From the human T2T-CHM13v2.0 reference genome, Homo sapiens: a stretch of DNA of 64,000 bases. Made by a program: the position numbers and the translations under genes. This document shows, piece by piece, positions 61,901 through 64,000 of this stretch. The stretch lies in the NCBI RefSeq assembly GCF_009914755.1, contig NC_060944.1; one strand, given 5' to 3'. The stretch's first letter is position 1, and each line of letters starts with the position of its first letter. The notes beneath the pieces were generated by a model that saw only the letters and a list, made by a program, of their open reading frames with translations, did not search any database and was not told the DNA's origin.

Positions 61901-64000
61901 AACCTTTGTTTTGATAGAGCAGTTCTGAAACACACTTTTTGTAAAATCTGCAAGAGGATATTTGGATAGCTTTGAGGATTTCGTTGGAAACGGGAATGTC
62001 TTCATGTAAACTCTAGACAGAAGCATTCTCAGAAACTGCTTTGGGATGTTTCAATTGAAGTCCCAGTGTTGAACATTCCCATTCATAGAGCAGGTTTGAA
62101 ACACTCTTTTTGTACTATCTGGAAGTGGACATTTGGAGCGCTTTCAGGTCTACGGTGAAAAAGGAGATATCTTCCAATAAAAACTAGATAGAAGCAATGT
62201 CAGAACTTTTTTCATGATGTATCTACTCAGCAAACAGAGTTGAACCTTTCTTTTGAGAGAGCAGTTTTGAAACACTCTTTTTGTGGAATATGCAAGTGGG
62301 TATTAGGCCAGCTTGGAGGATTTCGTTGGAAACGGGAATACGTATAAAAAGCAGACAGCAGCATTGTCAGAAACTACTTTGTGATGTTTGCATTCAAGTC
62401 ACAGAATTGAACACTCCCTTTCACAGAGCAGGTTTGAAACACTCTTTTTGTAGTGTCTGTAAGTGAACATTTGGATTGCTTTCAGGCCTAAGGTGAAAAA
62501 GGAAATATCTTCCCATAAAAACTAGACAGAAGCATTCTCAGAAACTTGTTTGTGATGTGTGCCCTCTACTGACAGAGTTGAACCTTTCTTTGCAAAGAGC
62601 AGTTTTGAAACACTCTTTTTGTAGAATCTGCAAGAGGATATTTGGATAGCTTTGAGGATTTCTTGGGAAACGGGAATGTCTTCAGATAAACTCTAGACAG
62701 AAGCATTCTCAGAAACTTCTTTGGGATGTTTCAATTGAAGTCACAGTGTTGAACATTCCCTTTCACAGAGCAGGTTTGAAACACTCTTTTTGTAGTGTCT
62801 ATAAGTGAACATTTGGCGTGCTTTCAGGCCTAACGTGAAAAAGGAAATATCTTCCCATAAAAACTAGACAGAAGCATTCTCAGAAACTTGTTCTTGATGT
62901 GTGCCCTCTACTGACAGAGTTGAACCTTTCTTTGCAAAGAGCAGCTTTGAAACACTCTTTTTGTAGAATCTGCAAGAGGATATTTGGATAGCTTGGAGGA
63001 TTTCGTTGGAAACGGGTATGTCTTCAGATAAACTCTAGACAGAAGCATTCTCAGAAACTTCTTTGGGATGTTGCATTCAAGTCACAGAGTAGAACATTCC
63101 CATTCATAGAGCAGATTTGAAACACTCTTTTTGTAGTATCTGGAAGTGGACATTTGGAGCGCTTTCAGGCCTATGTTGAAAAAGGAAATATCTTCCCATA
63201 AAAACTAGACGGAAGCATTCTCAGAAACTTATTTGTGATGTGTTTGCTCAACTAACAGGATTGAACCATCGTTTTGAAGGAGCAGTTTTGAAACACTGTT
63301 TTCGTGGAATCTGCAAGTGGATATTTGGCTAGCTTTGAGGATTTCGTTGGAAACGGGATTACATATAAAAAGGAGACAGCAGCATTCTCAGAAACTTCTT
63401 TGTGATGTCTGCATTCAATTCACAGAGTTGAGCATTCCCTTTCATAGAGCAGGTTGGAAACACTCTTTTTGTAGTATCTGGATGAGGACATTTGGAGCGC
63501 TTTCAGGCGTATGGTGAAAAAGGAAATATCTTCCCGTAAAAACTAGACAGAAGCATTCTCAGAAGTTTATTTGTGATGTGTGCCCTCAACTAACAGAGTT
63601 GAACCTTTCTTTTGATAGAGCAGTTTTGAAACACTCTTTTTGTAAAATCTGCAAGAGGATATTTGGATAGCTTTGAGGATTTCGTTGCAAACGGGAATGG
63701 CTTCATATAAACTCTAGACAGAAGCATTCTCAGAAACTTCGTTGGGATGTTTCGATTGAAGTCCCAGTGTTGAACATTCCCTTTTATAGAGCAGGTTGGA
63801 AACACTCTTTCTGCATTCCCTGGAAGTGGACATTTGGAGCGCTTTCAGGACGACGGTGAAAATGGAAATATCTTCCAAGAAAATCTAGATAGAAGCAACG
63901 TCAGAAACTTTTATGTGATGGATCTACTCAGCTAACAGAGTTGAACCTTTCTTTTGAGAGAGCAGTTTTGCAACACTCTTTTTGTGGAATATGCAAGTGG
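49959..64000 (+). repeat. Five full-length 16-mer HORs plus a 447-bp partial unit (63554-64000)
   Basis: The 2719-bp period resumes (ORF copies 49995, 52714, 55433, 58152, 60871, 63590). Confidence 0.97.

Larger units (their letters stand above)
1..64000 (+). repeat. Centromeric alpha-satellite higher-order repeat array (16-mer, 2719-bp HOR, SF2-type dimeric A/B monomers)
   Basis: Tandem 167-171 bp monomers begin CATTCTCAGAAAC... and end ...CTAGACAGAAG or ...AGACAGCAG. The ORF track repeats with exact 2719-bp period (37, 2756, 5475...). Unit starts: 1, 2720, 5439, 8158, 10877, 13596, 16315, 19034, 21753, 24472, 27191, 29908, 32627, 35346, 38065, 40784, 43503, 46222, 48941 (6-mer), 49959, 52678, 55397, 58116, 60835, 63554 (partial). 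Copies differ at only a handful of bases. Confidence 0.99.
1..64000 (+). other. Probable identity: human chromosome 20 active centromeric array (D20Z2 / S2C20H1L)
   Basis: Inference from recall. The dimeric monomers (GGATATTTGGATAGCTTTGAGGATTTCGTTGGAAACGGGA alternating with GGACATTTGGAGCGCTTTCAGGCCTATGGTGAAAAAGGAA) are SF2-like and the HOR is a 16-mer. The other well-known 16-mer, D17Z1, is pentameric SF3 and does not fit. Not confirmed by alignment. Confidence 0.7.

Noticed and set aside
37-63805. About 165 short ORFs (61-84 aa) on both strands, some Cys/His-rich
   Set aside because: They are translations of satellite monomers repeating at the HOR period. Many begin at non-ATG codons, none has a recognisable domain, and they overlap on opposite strands. 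Similar database 'proteins' are typically alpha-satellite artefacts.
1-64000. CRISPR-like appearance (conserved motifs separated by variable stretches)
   Set aside because: The intervening sequences are homologous monomer parts repeated every 2719 bp, not unique spacers, and there are no cas genes.
1-64000. Chromosome 17 D17Z1 assignment (also a ~2.7-kb 16-mer)
   Set aside because: D17Z1 is pentameric SF3, whereas this array strictly alternates A and B monomers as dimers.
1-64000. Synthetic HAC array or modelled (GRCh38-type) centromere sequence
   Set aside because: No vector, tetO/lacO or linker sequence was seen, and kb-scale linked SNV tracts look like real assembled sequence. This is not formally excluded without provenance.

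Overview
The whole 64 kb window is one uninterrupted, single-orientation array of primate (human-type) centromeric alpha-satellite DNA. It has ~171-bp monomers in strict alternation: a B-type monomer with a CENP-B box, then an A-type monomer with a pJalpha-like box. The monomers look like suprachromosomal family 2 (D1/D2 dimeric). They form a 16-monomer, 2719-bp higher-order repeat (HOR). The window holds 23 full-length copies (one is 2717 bp), one 6-monomer 1018-bp structural variant at 48941-49958, and a 447-bp partial copy at the end. A dimeric SF2 16-mer of about 2.7 kb best fits the live chromosome 20 array (D20Z2/S2C20H1L); that assignment is from recall, not from an alignment. I saw no genes, RNA genes, transposon insertions or inversions, and all listed ORFs are incidental translations of the satellite. 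I found no new biological system. The informative structure is evolutionary: a 6+6+4 internal architecture, a fixed dead CENP-B box, a 6-mer variant with a mappable crossover, and about 20 SNV sites whose pattern across copies records local duplication and conversion. Variants were read by eye, so some may have been missed.
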